NCBI GenBank assembly: GCA_009392915.1
Contig: CP045477.1
Span: 224,001 to 288,000 of the forward strand
Direction: 5' to 3'
From: Candidatus Forterrea multitransposorum CG_2015-17_Forterrea_25_41
GTDB lineage: Archaea; Iainarchaeota; Iainarchaeia; Iainarchaeales; CSSED10-239
DNA: 64,000 nucleotides
Positions within the stretch are counted from its first letter, which is position 1, and each line of letters begins with the position of its first letter. The translations under genes were made by a program, and so were the position numbers. Under the pieces are notes generated by a model. It searched no databases and had not been told where the DNA came from. It saw only the letters and a list, made by a program, of their open reading frames with translations. Positions 8,858 through 19,297 of this stretch are shown here, piece after piece.

Positions 8858-9193
8858 ATGAAACTAGAAAAAATTGGTGCATTTGCTTTTCTTGGTGGTA
8901 TCTTAATTTCAATTATTTTTGGACTTATTTACAATATTAACCATCCAGTATGGCTTTCAACTGTTTTAATTATTTTAGGATTAGTTGTTGGTCTTTTAAA
9001 CATTGAAGATAAAAACATATCTCTTTTCTTAATTGCATCCATTACATTTATTGCAACTAGTAACTCAATAAATGCAATACCTGTTATAGGAGATGTATTA
9101 AGAGGAGTTTTAGTTAATTTAGTATACTTTGTAGCTCCAGCTGCATTAGTAGTTTCAATTGTTGCAATTATTAGAGTTTCAAACTCTAAATAA
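8858..9193 (+). CDS. Small polytopic membrane protein (3-4 TM helices)
   Basis: Hydrophobic segments are present throughout. An RBS-like aaggag precedes the ATG. Confidence 0.45.
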   Translation: MKLEKIGAFAFLGGILISIIFGLIYNINHPVWLSTVLIILGLVVGLLNIEDKNISLFLIASITFIATSNSINAIPVIGDVLRGVLVNLVYFVAPAALVVSIVAIIRVSNSK

Positions 9194-9194
9194 T

Positions 9195-9214
9195 TCTTTT
9201 TTTTTCTTTTTTTT
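9195..9214 (+). terminator. Oligo-T tract
   Basis: tctttttttttcttttttttt. Confidence 0.4.
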
Positions 9215-9362
9215 AAATAAAAATACATTTTTTATCTATAAATAATGAATATTTAAATATTTCTATTTATAGTATATTTAAAGTATATATAAAAAACTTT
9301 ATATAGTAATAAATATATAATATTTATATAATATTTATAAATTTATAAATAAAGAAATAAAT

Positions 9363-12300
9363 ATGGTTAAAGATAAAAATAATTTAGGCTCAAATGAAAA
9401 CAATGAAAATAAACAAAATATTTTTTCAAGATTTTATAATTATCTTGAAGATAAATATTCTTCTTTATCAAACTGGCTTACAGAAAAAGGAATACCATTA
9501 AATAATTTAAATAATTATTTAGAGGAAAAAGGACTTCCTGCTTTTGCAATAGTTGCATCTATTTTATTATTATTAATCTTTATAATTGTTTTCTTAATTA
9601 TCTTTTCTTTTTCCAGTCAATCAACATTAATTTTTTCTGTTAAAGATTATTCTGGACTTTCAATCAATGATGCTTTTTTAAAAATTACAAATAGTTCAGG
9701 TAAGGAAATCTTTTCAGGAACTGTAAATGATACTGATGTTAAAAAATTAAAATTAAAATTAGGAGAATTATATTCTTTTAAATCAACTAAAGATGGATAT
9801 CCTGATTTTTCAAAATCAATAACTATTACTGATAAAGATCAAAAAGTACAAATTACTTTTTCAGAATCAATTGAGTATGGTATATTAAGAATAAAATTAA
9901 TAGATAGAGATAATAAAGGAATAATTACTTCAGGAACTGCGATCGCAAGATATTCAATTAATAATGCTCCTGAGTCTACAGAAAACATTGTAAATATTGC
10001 AAATGAACATTTTATTACTTTAGAAGTTCCAATGAATAAAGATATTGAACTTTTAGTTAGTGCAGATGGTTATGAAGATTTTAAAGAAACAAATTTTAGA
10101 ATAACTTTAGAAAATCAAGAAAAAGTAATTGAAATGGATATTTCTTCTTTATCTTTTGAAGGTAAAAGTCAAGTTACTTTTGTTGTTTTAGATACAGAAC
10201 AAAATCCAATTGATGGTGCTTTAGTAAGCATATATAATCTTGGAGATGAATTATTAGATTCAAAAAATACAATTGATGGAAGAGCTTTATCTTTTATTGA
10301 TAGTGGTTCTACAATATCTTATAAAGTTGAAAAAGAAGGTTATAGAACATTTGTAAGTGATCCTGAAGTTTCTTTTAGAATTACAAAATCTGAAATAACT
10401 TATAATGTTACTTTAGAAGAGGGTGGAAATTTTTTAGATGTGTTTGTAAAATCTGGTTCTAATTTTTTAGCTCTTGGAGATGTTGCAATTACTGTTTATG
10501 ATTTAAATAATAATATTATTAATTCTGGAAATACAGATGATTTAGGAAATTTAAAATTAACTGGTCTTTCTGATAAAGCACCAATTGTTGTAACTGCTTG
10601 TAAAGAAGATTTCCTTTGTGAAAATTTAACAGTAGATCTTTTAGAAAAAAGTTCAGTTGAGTTTACTTTAGAAAGAATAGATGTAACAAATAGTGCTATT
10701 CTGTCTGTTTTTGTTGTTGATGAAAAAAATTTACCGATCTCAAAAGCTTTTATAAAAATCTATCAATTACTTGAAGATGATAAAGAAGTTCCATACAACA
10801 CATCTCTTCAAACTGATCTTACAGGTTCTCTTTCAATACCTCTAAGAGTTGGAGATTCTTTTATAGTTTATTCATTAGTTGGAGAAGTTCAATATTTTGA
10901 AGAAATTACAATTGATGCTTTAAGAGAAAATAAAATAATTTTTGTAATGGATAATGCTTCTAAAATAATTAAATTAGATCTTTATGATGAAAATGGTTTT
11001 AAACTTACTTCAGGTTCTTTACTTGTAAAAACAAAAGATGGAACTGTTCTTTTTGATGGTAATTTATCTGAAACTGATCAAATAAGTTTTATTTCAGAAG
11101 GCTATAAAGATTTATATGCTGAATACACAGATGTTAATGGTAATAAATCTTCAATTAATTTTAATGCTGATGAATCTGAGTCAGATGGATATATAAGACT
11201 TGATTTTAATAAAGAAGTTAATTTAACAGATTATCCTGTAATTGAGTTTTCAGGAATTGTAGATTCTAAAGGAGTTAAATCAAATTTTGTAACAATAGGT
11301 AAAGAATATTATTTAATTTTTGATGTTTTATTCCCAGAAAATACTTATAAAGGACAAGTACATATTAGAGCTGGTGATGATACTCAAGTTGATGTTGAAG
11401 AAATGAGTTATGGTATAACTGGTTTTTCTGCAATGGATATTTATGATTTTAAATATGGTACAACATATAATAGTTCTCCTCTTCCAGGTTTAATGAATAT
11501 TGATCTTTTAAATGAAGGTTCTTCTCAAGTTTTAAATAAATGGCTTGAACTTAAATGGAATAGTGATCTTCCTTTAGGTAATAAACAAATCAAAGTAAAA
11601 ATAAATGTTATAGATGATTCTTATTCAAAATTAACTTTTAAATATAGAACTTTATTTGAAGAAAATAAATTATACTATAGAGATCCAGTTGACTCTTTAT
11701 TAAACCAAAGTTATTCTTCATCTCAAAAAGGTGCTTTATATGCAGATACAAAAGAAGTAAATATTGATGTTTATAATGTTCCTTTAGATTGTGAAGGTTC
11801 TCAATGTTTGTCATATACTTTTATTGATTCAAAAGGAAATGAATTTTCAAAAAATGATTTCTATGCTGTAAGAGATGAAACTTATTTTTTAAAAGTTAGT
11901 CTTTATTCTTTAGATAATAAACAATTAGATCTTTTAGCAGAAACTTCAAAAAGTTTCCCTTTAATTTCATTTGGTTCTTTTTCAGATAATCTTTATCAAA
12001 ATGAAATAATAAATGATAATTCTTTATTTGAAATTTCAAGAGATGGTTTTTTACTTTCTGAAAATTCTTTAAAAAATATTTATCTTTCATTTATCTCAAA
12101 AGATATTGGTGCTGCATATATTGATCTTAAAGCAACAGATGTTATTTTAGGAAATGAAATTTTAAACAATAGATTAAGTTTTAATGTTTATGATAAAAAA
12201 GAAATGAATGTTTTAGTTTCTCCAAGTAATTATGTTGATTATGGATCAAATTTTACTGTTGATGTTTTAGATTCAGTTTCTCTTGAACCTATTACAGATG

Positions 12301-15300
12301 CTTTTATTTCTTTTTATGATGTTAGAGATACTTTTATTTCTTCTTTAAAACCAAGTAATTCAAATGGAAGGAATGGAAAATATACTATTACAAATAATTT
12401 TAATACTTCAACTGTTAAAATGGTAGTTGAAAGATATGGTTATCTTCCTTATGAAACTGAAATTTATATTATTGATAATACTTTATTAAATGCAATTCCT
12501 TCAGAAATAATTTTTAATTTAGGTCTTGACCAAACAGCATCAACTTCAAATTTTAGTTTAGAAAACTTAGGTAATTATCAAGCAACAAATGTAAGGTTTG
12601 GAGAACCTATTTGGATTGAAGGTAGTGCTGGTATTTATCTTGAAGGAAGAGGTAATCCAATAATTAATAAAAACTCAACTCAAAATTATCAATTGTTACT
12701 TACAACAGAAAATGATGTTGAACTTAAAACAGCATATGCACATCTTCCAGTATATGCATCTGTAGGTCCTAGAGAAGTTACAAAAATATTAAATGTTAGA
12801 ATAAATAAAGGTTTAATGTTAAATGAATGTGTTGAAATTACTCCTTCTGAAGTTTCTTCTTTTGTTGGACTAAATGTTTCTTCAAATTATGCAGATCCTT
12901 TTAATACTCCTTTTGCAGATTATGATTATACTTCAAATACTTCAAATAATCCTATGCTTGCACCTTCTCAAAGTTATTCTAATTATGAAGAATATTTAAA
13001 TTCAAGTGGATATAACATTACTGATTCAACAGATAATGGTTATACTTACACAGATTCTAAAAATTATACTTATCATGCAACTTCTCCTGCTCTTAATTCT
13101 CAAATTACTGAAAACACAACTTATTTTACAATTAAAAATAATTGTTCTCAAGCTATAACTTTTAATCCTCAAGCAGTTTTAACTTCTTCATCATCAAATA
13201 ATAATTTAGAAGTTTCTCTTGCAAACATAACTGTTCTTCCAGGAGAAGAAAAAGTTTATGATGTTATTTTAAAAAATTCATCTGAACTTAAAAGAAAAAC
13301 AACATATACCTATAATGTTTTATGGCATAATAATTATTATTCAATAGCTCCTTCAGTTTTAAATGTTGATCTTTTAGATTTAAGTAGAGCTTTATGGGTT
13401 ATGCCACAACAAATAAATATTCCAATCTCTCAAGTACATCCTCAACAAGCTGCTGAAAATTATACTAGATTTTTTATTAAAAATATAGGTGCTGTTCCAA
13501 TAACTGATATACAAATAAGTCAGTATCCAAAAATGGTGTCTTCTAATATTAAAATAACTGAATATCCAAGACAAGTATCTGTTTTAGAACCAGGAAAAAC
13601 AATTCCTGTTGATTTAAAATTTTCAGTAAATATTAATAAATCTACATTAGATAATGCCTTTATACAAGTAACTGGTAAAGCTGTTGGTATTAGTGAACCA
13701 ATTACTTCAACAACACAATTAGTGTTTTCAATTTCTTCTCCAAATTGCTTAAAAGTAAGTAATAAAAATATTAATTTTGATTTAGAAGTTGGGGAAACAA
13801 GAGCAAGAAATATTACAATTACAAATCAATGTTCTGAACCTGTTACAATAGTTGGAATTGATAAAAAACAACAAGGATATTATCAAGCATATGGGGATAA
13901 TTCTTTTAGAATAACTCCTGCTTCTGGTAATCCAATAATTCCTGTTAACATGTCAAATTCTTATAGAATAGAGTTTACTGCAAATTCTTTAGGTGGTTCT
14001 CCAAAAACACCAATGATACTTCAAGGTAGATTAATGAATTCAGGTAATCCTGTAACTTCAGAAGAGGTTTTAGTTTCAATAACTATAGATGATATAATGG
14101 TTGGAGAAGAAGCTGAAAGAAATATTTCTATTTTATCTTCTCTTCCTTCTTGTGAAGATCCACAAAATATTAATTCATATAATAGACCATTAATTTCAAT
14201 TAAAGATTGTTCTGAAACTTCAGGATATTGTGATGGAGAATCTTCAGCTGAATTAATTTTAAAAAAAGTAAATGAACTTCAAAATGAAATTAAACAATTT
14301 TCTGCACAAACACAATCAAAAGTAATTGATACTGGTTGTACTCTTCAAGATGCATATAGTGGTTTTTGTAAAATATCTGAACTTGGTGGAGGAATTGATC
14401 CTGTTGAGTTTTCTTTCTTTATGCAAAATGATAATGTTACACCTGATTTAATTAAATCTATTTTAACAAAATCAAATTATTCTTTTAAAAATTATTTTGT
14501 TGAAACAAATATTTTTAATAAAGAAATTAAAACTATAAATCAATATTCTTCTTATGGGGTATATGCTGGTGGAAATAAAATATTTGTATCTCCTCACCTA
14601 TCAGGTTGTGGAAAATATACAGTAGAGATTGATGGTTATGTTGCTGCAAGTCCAGATTATATTTATCCTGAAAGAGCATATTATTATATTAATGTTGTAG
14701 AAAAAGATACTAACACTATTCATTGTGAGAAAAATATTGTAAATTATTTAAATTATCTTCCATGGGATCTTTCTTTTAATAAAAACCAAAGAGCAGGAAC
14801 TTGGCTTACTTTATTTACTGGTGATGAAAATTTATCAAAAGCTTTAATTAAAAGTGTGGGTAAGTTTAAGTCAGATGAAATTGATTTAAGATATGTTTAT
14901 AATAAAGATGTTTTATCTACAAGAAATAGTACTTTAAATGTTTCAACTGGAGAGATTTCTGAAAATAAAGAAGCTCTTGCAAAAATTTCTTTTAATGATA
15001 CTTCTTTAAGAAAAAGCTCTTCTCCAGAACAAATAGATATTACTTTAAATTCTCTTTATAATTCTCCTGAAGGTAAAACTTCTGAGTATGCTGTTAAAGA
15101 TTTTTCAAAAGTAATTTCTTCAATGATTTCAGATAATGATTATTCTGCAAAAGTTTGTATTTCTGAAGATAAAACATATATGCTTGTTTTAGATGTTATT
15201 TCAGCAGGAGATTTAACTTTTGTTGATAAAGAAGTAAGTCTTCCTTTAAAGGATGGAGCTTCATGTTCTTTATTAAAAGTTAAATCATCAGTTCCTGAAA

Positions 15301-17378
15301 CTTTAAAGATTACTTCTGATTCTTTAGAGTTTGCAAATATTGGTTTTAAGAAAAATAAAGATGATACTCTTCAAGAGTCATTAGATATTAGTGTTATTGC
15401 AAATAAAGATTCTAACTTTTATATGTGTGTAACTCCAAATTCAGAGACTGCTATCTCAAGTCTTGTTGATAAAAAAATAACTGTAACAGCAACAAGTATT
15501 TATTCTGCAAGTGGTAGTATTGGAAATAGAAGCACAACTTCAGAAGTAGCTTTCTCTTCATGTGCAATCACACCTGAAGATTATCTTTTAGGTATTTATT
15601 CAAATATTTTAACTGAAAATAATAAAGCTGAAGATGATAGAATCTTACCTCAAAATTATACAGCTATTGTAGATTGGGATAAACAATATAATCCTGAAGA
15701 AAAAGAAAAATTATGTTCAACTTTACAAAAGATTGTAAATAGTAAAAAGTATAATGGAGAACTTTTCTTTGATTATGAAGTTTTAGGTTGTGAGATTGAA
15801 GATTCTTCACAAGAAAGAGATTCAAGAATAAGTAAAGGATTACATAATGCTGGACAATATTTCTTTTCTTGTTCAGGAGCTTGTGGACTTTGTTATGGTC
15901 TTTCAGGACTTATAATGCCTACACAATTTGTAGGTGCAATTGTTGATTGTTTAGGTTTCTCTTGTTTATTACCTTCATTAAATATATTTGCATCAAATCT
16001 ATCTAATGGAGAAGGTGGAATATCTTGGCTTTTAGATGAATTTTTTGGATTATTATTAAATGATGATGTTAGTTTCTTTTCAAATATTACAAGTGAGATT
16101 GAAACATGGGTAAGTGGTGTTTTAGGTGTTGGAGGAGCTGCAACAAGTGGAGCTTTAAAAGCTAATGCTGCTTCTGCTGCTGTACCTTTAGATCAAGTTA
16201 CTCAAGACTTAGTTTCACAATCTAGTTATGATCCTACAACACAACAAATATTAGATGATTTAGCAAATCCATCAACAACACCTGCTCCTGTAAATCCATC
16301 AACAACTTCTGGTGTAATTAATGGTTCTACTGAATTAAAAAATTTAAATAGTCAATTAAATAATTTAAATAGATATTTAAGTGGTAATGACAATATTAAA
16401 TTACAAACATTTTCAAACCCACAAGAAGCAGGTAGATTTAGTGATATCCTTAGAAAAATGAATCAAACATCTGGATCTAACTTTGATAAATTGAGATCTT
16501 TATCTACTCAAGAGTTTGATGATTTTGTAAATATTCTTGAAAAACAAAATTTTACAGGTAAAAATAGTCATTTATTCAAAAAAGACTTACTTATTAAAAG
16601 ATTAAAAGATGCTAAAGTAAATGATTTCAAATCAGTTTCAGCTGCAACTTCTTCAAGTGCAGCAGCTACATCTAGTAGTGCAGCTTCAGTTGCTGATGAT
16701 TTCTATGATTACCCTAAAGCAGATTATGATCAAGCAATTAAAAATTTTGATAATGATATTAAAATGCTTGATGATTCAATAAGTAATCTTGAAAATCAAA
16801 AAGCAGCAATTGAAACTAATGCAAAAAGATCATCTGCAAATCCTAAAAAAGCACTTCGTTATAAATCAAAAGTTGATGCTCAAATAAAAGCAATAGATAG
16901 TCAACTTGATGAACTTAAAAAAAGTAAAGATGCTCTTTCAAGTGTTAAATCTAAATTTGCTTCAGCTAAAAATGTAAATGGTACTTATAAAGTTCCAACT
17001 TCTGCAATTGATGATTTATCAAATAATATTCCAAAACAAGCAAAACTTAGCAAATTATCTAAATTTGCAAAAATTAAAGGTGTTGCAAAAAGCTTTGGAA
17101 GAGGCCTTCTTTGTGGTGCTACAGGAAATGCTGCAGGAATATATTCTTTAAAAGAAGAAGGTAAAACAGGACTTAATAAATCAATAGAGTTTTTAAGTAA
17201 AAATGATTTTGAGAAAAATATATTCTATGTTTCAGAAGTTGATATGTTATCTCCAGAAAATGATCAAGAATACGAAACAAGATATACAATTAATATAAAA
17301 CCTTATATCTCTCAAGATCAAAGTATTATTTCTTCAATTCCTACAAAAAGAATTGATTCTTGTACTATAGAAGAATAA
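9363..17378 (+). CDS. Giant (2671 aa) signal-anchored surface protein: conserved cytoplasmic N-motif, one TM helix, at least 8 CarboxypepD_reg/Ig-like beta-sandwich repeats, Cys-containing modules, and a C-terminal hydrophobic/Ala-Ser-Thr-Pro-rich/coiled-coil tail
   Basis: The N-terminus is ...FYNYLEDKYSSLSNWLTEKGIPLNNLNNYLEEKGLPAFAIVASILLLLIFIIVFLIIF. Repeated about 80-aa modules follow (e.g. VTFVVLDTEQNPIDGALVSIYNLGDELLDSKNTIDGRALSFIDSGSTISYKVEKEGYRTF). There are dozens of NxS/T sequons. The tail carries the PSTTPAPVNPSTTSG linker, SAATSSSAAATSSSAAS and heptad-like segments. Confidence 0.8.
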   Translation: MVKDKNNLGSNENNENKQNIFSRFYNYLEDKYSSLSNWLTEKGIPLNNLNNYLEEKGLPAFAIVASILLLLIFIIVFLIIFSFSSQSTLIFSVKDYSGLSINDAFLKITNSSGKEIFSGTVNDTDVKKLKLKLGELYSFKSTKDGYPDFSKSITITDKDQKVQITFSESIEYGILRIKLIDRDNKGIITSGTAIARYSINNAPESTENIVNIANEHFITLEVPMNKDIELLVSADGYEDFKETNFRITLENQEKVIEMDISSLSFEGKSQVTFVVLDTEQNPIDGALVSIYNLGDELLDSKNTIDGRALSFIDSGSTISYKVEKEGYRTFVSDPEVSFRITKSEITYNVTLEEGGNFLDVFVKSGSNFLALGDVAITVYDLNNNIINSGNTDDLGNLKLTGLSDKAPIVVTACKEDFLCENLTVDLLEKSSVEFTLERIDVTNSAILSVFVVDEKNLPISKAFIKIYQLLEDDKEVPYNTSLQTDLTGSLSIPLRVGDSFIVYSLVGEVQYFEEITIDALRENKIIFVMDNASKIIKLDLYDENGFKLTSGSLLVKTKDGTVLFDGNLSETDQISFISEGYKDLYAEYTDVNGNKSSINFNADESESDGYIRLDFNKEVNLTDYPVIEFSGIVDSKGVKSNFVTIGKEYYLIFDVLFPENTYKGQVHIRAGDDTQVDVEEMSYGITGFSAMDIYDFKYGTTYNSSPLPGLMNIDLLNEGSSQVLNKWLELKWNSDLPLGNKQIKVKINVIDDSYSKLTFKYRTLFEENKLYYRDPVDSLLNQSYSSSQKGALYADTKEVNIDVYNVPLDCEGSQCLSYTFIDSKGNEFSKNDFYAVRDETYFLKVSLYSLDNKQLDLLAETSKSFPLISFGSFSDNLYQNEIINDNSLFEISRDGFLLSENSLKNIYLSFISKDIGAAYIDLKATDVILGNEILNNRLSFNVYDKKEMNVLVSPSNYVDYGSNFTVDVLDSVSLEPITDAFISFYDVRDTFISSLKPSNSNGRNGKYTITNNFNTSTVKMVVERYGYLPYETEIYIIDNTLLNAIPSEIIFNLGLDQTASTSNFSLENLGNYQATNVRFGEPIWIEGSAGIYLEGRGNPIINKNSTQNYQLLLTTENDVELKTAYAHLPVYASVGPREVTKILNVRINKGLMLNECVEITPSEVSSFVGLNVSSNYADPFNTPFADYDYTSNTSNNPMLAPSQSYSNYEEYLNSSGYNITDSTDNGYTYTDSKNYTYHATSPALNSQITENTTYFTIKNNCSQAITFNPQAVLTSSSSNNNLEVSLANITVLPGEEKVYDVILKNSSELKRKTTYTYNVLWHNNYYSIAPSVLNVDLLDLSRALWVMPQQINIPISQVHPQQAAENYTRFFIKNIGAVPITDIQISQYPKMVSSNIKITEYPRQVSVLEPGKTIPVDLKFSVNINKSTLDNAFIQVTGKAVGISEPITSTTQLVFSISSPNCLKVSNKNINFDLEVGETRARNITITNQCSEPVTIVGIDKKQQGYYQAYGDNSFRITPASGNPIIPVNMSNSYRIEFTANSLGGSPKTPMILQGRLMNSGNPVTSEEVLVSITIDDIMVGEEAERNISILSSLPSCEDPQNINSYNRPLISIKDCSETSGYCDGESSAELILKKVNELQNEIKQFSAQTQSKVIDTGCTLQDAYSGFCKISELGGGIDPVEFSFFMQNDNVTPDLIKSILTKSNYSFKNYFVETNIFNKEIKTINQYSSYGVYAGGNKIFVSPHLSGCGKYTVEIDGYVAASPDYIYPERAYYYINVVEKDTNTIHCEKNIVNYLNYLPWDLSFNKNQRAGTWLTLFTGDENLSKALIKSVGKFKSDEIDLRYVYNKDVLSTRNSTLNVSTGEISENKEALAKISFNDTSLRKSSSPEQIDITLNSLYNSPEGKTSEYAVKDFSKVISSMISDNDYSAKVCISEDKTYMLVLDVISAGDLTFVDKEVSLPLKDGASCSLLKVKSSVPETLKITSDSLEFANIGFKKNKDDTLQESLDISVIANKDSNFYMCVTPNSETAISSLVDKKITVTATSIYSASGSIGNRSTTSEVAFSSCAITPEDYLLGIYSNILTENNKAEDDRILPQNYTAIVDWDKQYNPEEKEKLCSTLQKIVNSKKYNGELFFDYEVLGCEIEDSSQERDSRISKGLHNAGQYFFSCSGACGLCYGLSGLIMPTQFVGAIVDCLGFSCLLPSLNIFASNLSNGEGGISWLLDEFFGLLLNDDVSFFSNITSEIETWVSGVLGVGGAATSGALKANAASAAVPLDQVTQDLVSQSSYDPTTQQILDDLANPSTTPAPVNPSTTSGVINGSTELKNLNSQLNNLNRYLSGNDNIKLQTFSNPQEAGRFSDILRKMNQTSGSNFDKLRSLSTQEFDDFVNILEKQNFTGKNSHLFKKDLLIKRLKDAKVNDFKSVSAATSSSAAATSSSAASVADDFYDYPKADYDQAIKNFDNDIKMLDDSISNLENQKAAIETNAKRSSANPKKALRYKSKVDAQIKAIDSQLDELKKSKDALSSVKSKFASAKNVNGTYKVPTSAIDDLSNNIPKQAKLSKLSKFAKIKGVAKSFGRGLLCGATGNAAGIYSLKEEGKTGLNKSIEFLSKNDFEKNIFYVSEVDMLSPENDQEYETRYTINIKPYISQDQSIISSIPTKRIDSCTIEE

Positions 17379-17401
17379 TTCTTTTCTTTTTTTATTTTTT
17401 T
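17379..17401 (+). terminator. Oligo-T tract
   Basis: ttcttttctttttttatttttttag. Confidence 0.35.
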
Positions 17402-17487
17402 AGTAAAAAGAAATATATAAAAATATAAACATCTTATTTATATTAGTTAATATAATATATTAAAGATATAATTGGTGTTATCTAATC

Positions 17488-19167
17488 ATGTTAAGAAATA
17501 AAAAAGGATTTAATTTATTTACTGCTTTAATCTCATTGATGCTTTTATCAATAACTCTAGTTTTTATTTTTAATATGGTTCAAACTGAAGAAAATTATTT
17601 AGAATTAATAAATAATCAATCTCAAGCTTCTGACCTCTTAACAATTGCAGATATTTCAAGAGCTGATGCTTTTAATAATTTTGTTGTTTCTTTTAGAGAA
17701 CAATGGATGTCTTTTAGAAGTGATCCTCGTTCTGAAATCATACTTAAAAGAAAAGATATTATGCTTGATTGGGATGGTTTTGTAGATTATTTTGCAGATT
17801 ATATTTTCTTTGATAATAGTTTTGAAAATTATTTTGCAGATAATATGGTTAGATCTTTAAATTATACAAATCCACCAACAGGTTATGCAATAAATGTTCC
17901 TAATTATTCTCGTGATGATTTATCTAGTATTATTAAAACAGCTTTTCTTGAAGCTGGAGATGATAAAATAAAAGTTGTAAGTTGTGAAAGAGAAGATGAG
18001 GTTTGTTTAGGTACACTTTATTTTACAATTGATACTAGAAAACTTTCTGCACAAGAATATGAAAAACTTCCAATGATAACTGTTAAAAGAAATGTTGATG
18101 ATGAAGTTATTCAAAGACCAGTTTTTGCAAAAAGAGCATACAGGATATATATTCCCTGGAGAGGTTTTCAAGCTTTAAGGACTGTTAGAAATTTTGCACT
18201 TGATGCTGATCTTGAAAAAGGAGAAACAACAGCTCAAATTATTGAATATTCAAAAGATTCAAGAGGTTTTTTAAACCCCTATATTCATTATACTCTCAAT
18301 AGTGCAAAACTTGGTGTTTGTGATATTGATAGTTGTGCTCTAAGAAAAGATTTATTTAAAACTGTTGAGTTTAATGGGTTTACTGGAGATGCATGTTCTA
18401 ATCCGCCTGGAGTTAGTAATGTTTCTGACAATGGAGGAATTACTGGATCTTTTACTGGAGAAGTTTCTCTTTCTAATAATCATAGTTACAATATTCAAGA
18501 TATAGATGGAACTGTAAAACCTATATATAATGATTTAGTTAAAACAACTATAGAAAACAATTTAGAATATAGAACTGATATAATACATGCAGGAAATAAT
18601 TTGCCATCAATCTCTTCTTCTTCAATTTTAGATGATGAATGTCAAATGTCTTTAACAACTGGAAATTTTTCAATATGTGATATACGTGTAAGACTTCCTT
18701 CTCCAAAAGTTACAAAAGAAGTTATTTCTGTAGGAACTGTTTCAGAATCTTTAAGTAGTTTATCTCAAGTTTCATTCAATCCTTCTGGTAGTTTTAATAA
18801 AGCTTCAAACTTAAGTCTCTCTATTGATGATGATTTAAATATTAATGTTTTTGATCAAGAAAGTACTATTCCTAATGAAACTGATAATCAATATCTATCA
18901 TGTACAACAATTGACTATATTGATTTATTATTTAAATTTGAAGAACAAGATGAAAAGTATATTTTTTCTCAAGATTCTAAAAATATTTATATTTTAATTC
19001 AAGATAGATTTTCAGATTATACTTTCTTTAATTCATTTGGAAGCGTTCCTAACTTTAGTGGAGGATATTTTCAAAAAAGAGAACTTCCTTCATTTACAGG
19101 AGGACAAGGTTGGACTTGTAAAAGTTATGAAGCAAATGAAGATGATGCAGCATGTGTTGCAGGTTAA
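17488..19167 (+). CDS. Large type IV pilin-like protein (archaeal class III signal peptide)
   Basis: MLRNKKG-FNLFTALISLMLLSITLVFIFNMV has a basic n-region, G at -1 and F at +1, then a hydrophobic stretch of about 24 aa. This resembles the bacterial GFTLIE pilin N-terminus but lacks E+5, as in archaeal pilins. The C-terminal region has paired Cys (WTCKSYEANEDDAACVAG). Confidence 0.6.
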   Translation: MLRNKKGFNLFTALISLMLLSITLVFIFNMVQTEENYLELINNQSQASDLLTIADISRADAFNNFVVSFREQWMSFRSDPRSEIILKRKDIMLDWDGFVDYFADYIFFDNSFENYFADNMVRSLNYTNPPTGYAINVPNYSRDDLSSIIKTAFLEAGDDKIKVVSCEREDEVCLGTLYFTIDTRKLSAQEYEKLPMITVKRNVDDEVIQRPVFAKRAYRIYIPWRGFQALRTVRNFALDADLEKGETTAQIIEYSKDSRGFLNPYIHYTLNSAKLGVCDIDSCALRKDLFKTVEFNGFTGDACSNPPGVSNVSDNGGITGSFTGEVSLSNNHSYNIQDIDGTVKPIYNDLVKTTIENNLEYRTDIIHAGNNLPSISSSSILDDECQMSLTTGNFSICDIRVRLPSPKVTKEVISVGTVSESLSSLSQVSFNPSGSFNKASNLSLSIDDDLNINVFDQESTIPNETDNQYLSCTTIDYIDLLFKFEEQDEKYIFSQDSKNIYILIQDRFSDYTFFNSFGSVPNFSGGYFQKRELPSFTGGQGWTCKSYEANEDDAACVAG

Positions 19168-19297
19168 ATTCACTTTTTAATGTTAATAAAAAGGTATTTA
19201 AATGTATAAGCACTATAATTATATAACAAATAACATAGTTTTTAAAAGATTATGTTATAAAAATATAATATATTATAATATATACGAGAGATGATTT

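Noticed and set aside
11896-12090. Minus-strand ORFs inside the giant genes (also 13392..13574, 20097..20300, 23090..23314, 24229..24453, 27676..27885, 30043..30321, 30661..30843, 31993..32355, 32824..33078, 40117..40365, 42953..43162, 51055..51270)
   Set aside because: All are short antisense ORFs wholly inside long + strand CDSs. They have L/K/F-rich compositions typical of AT-rich antisense frames and no RBS or start context, so they are spurious.
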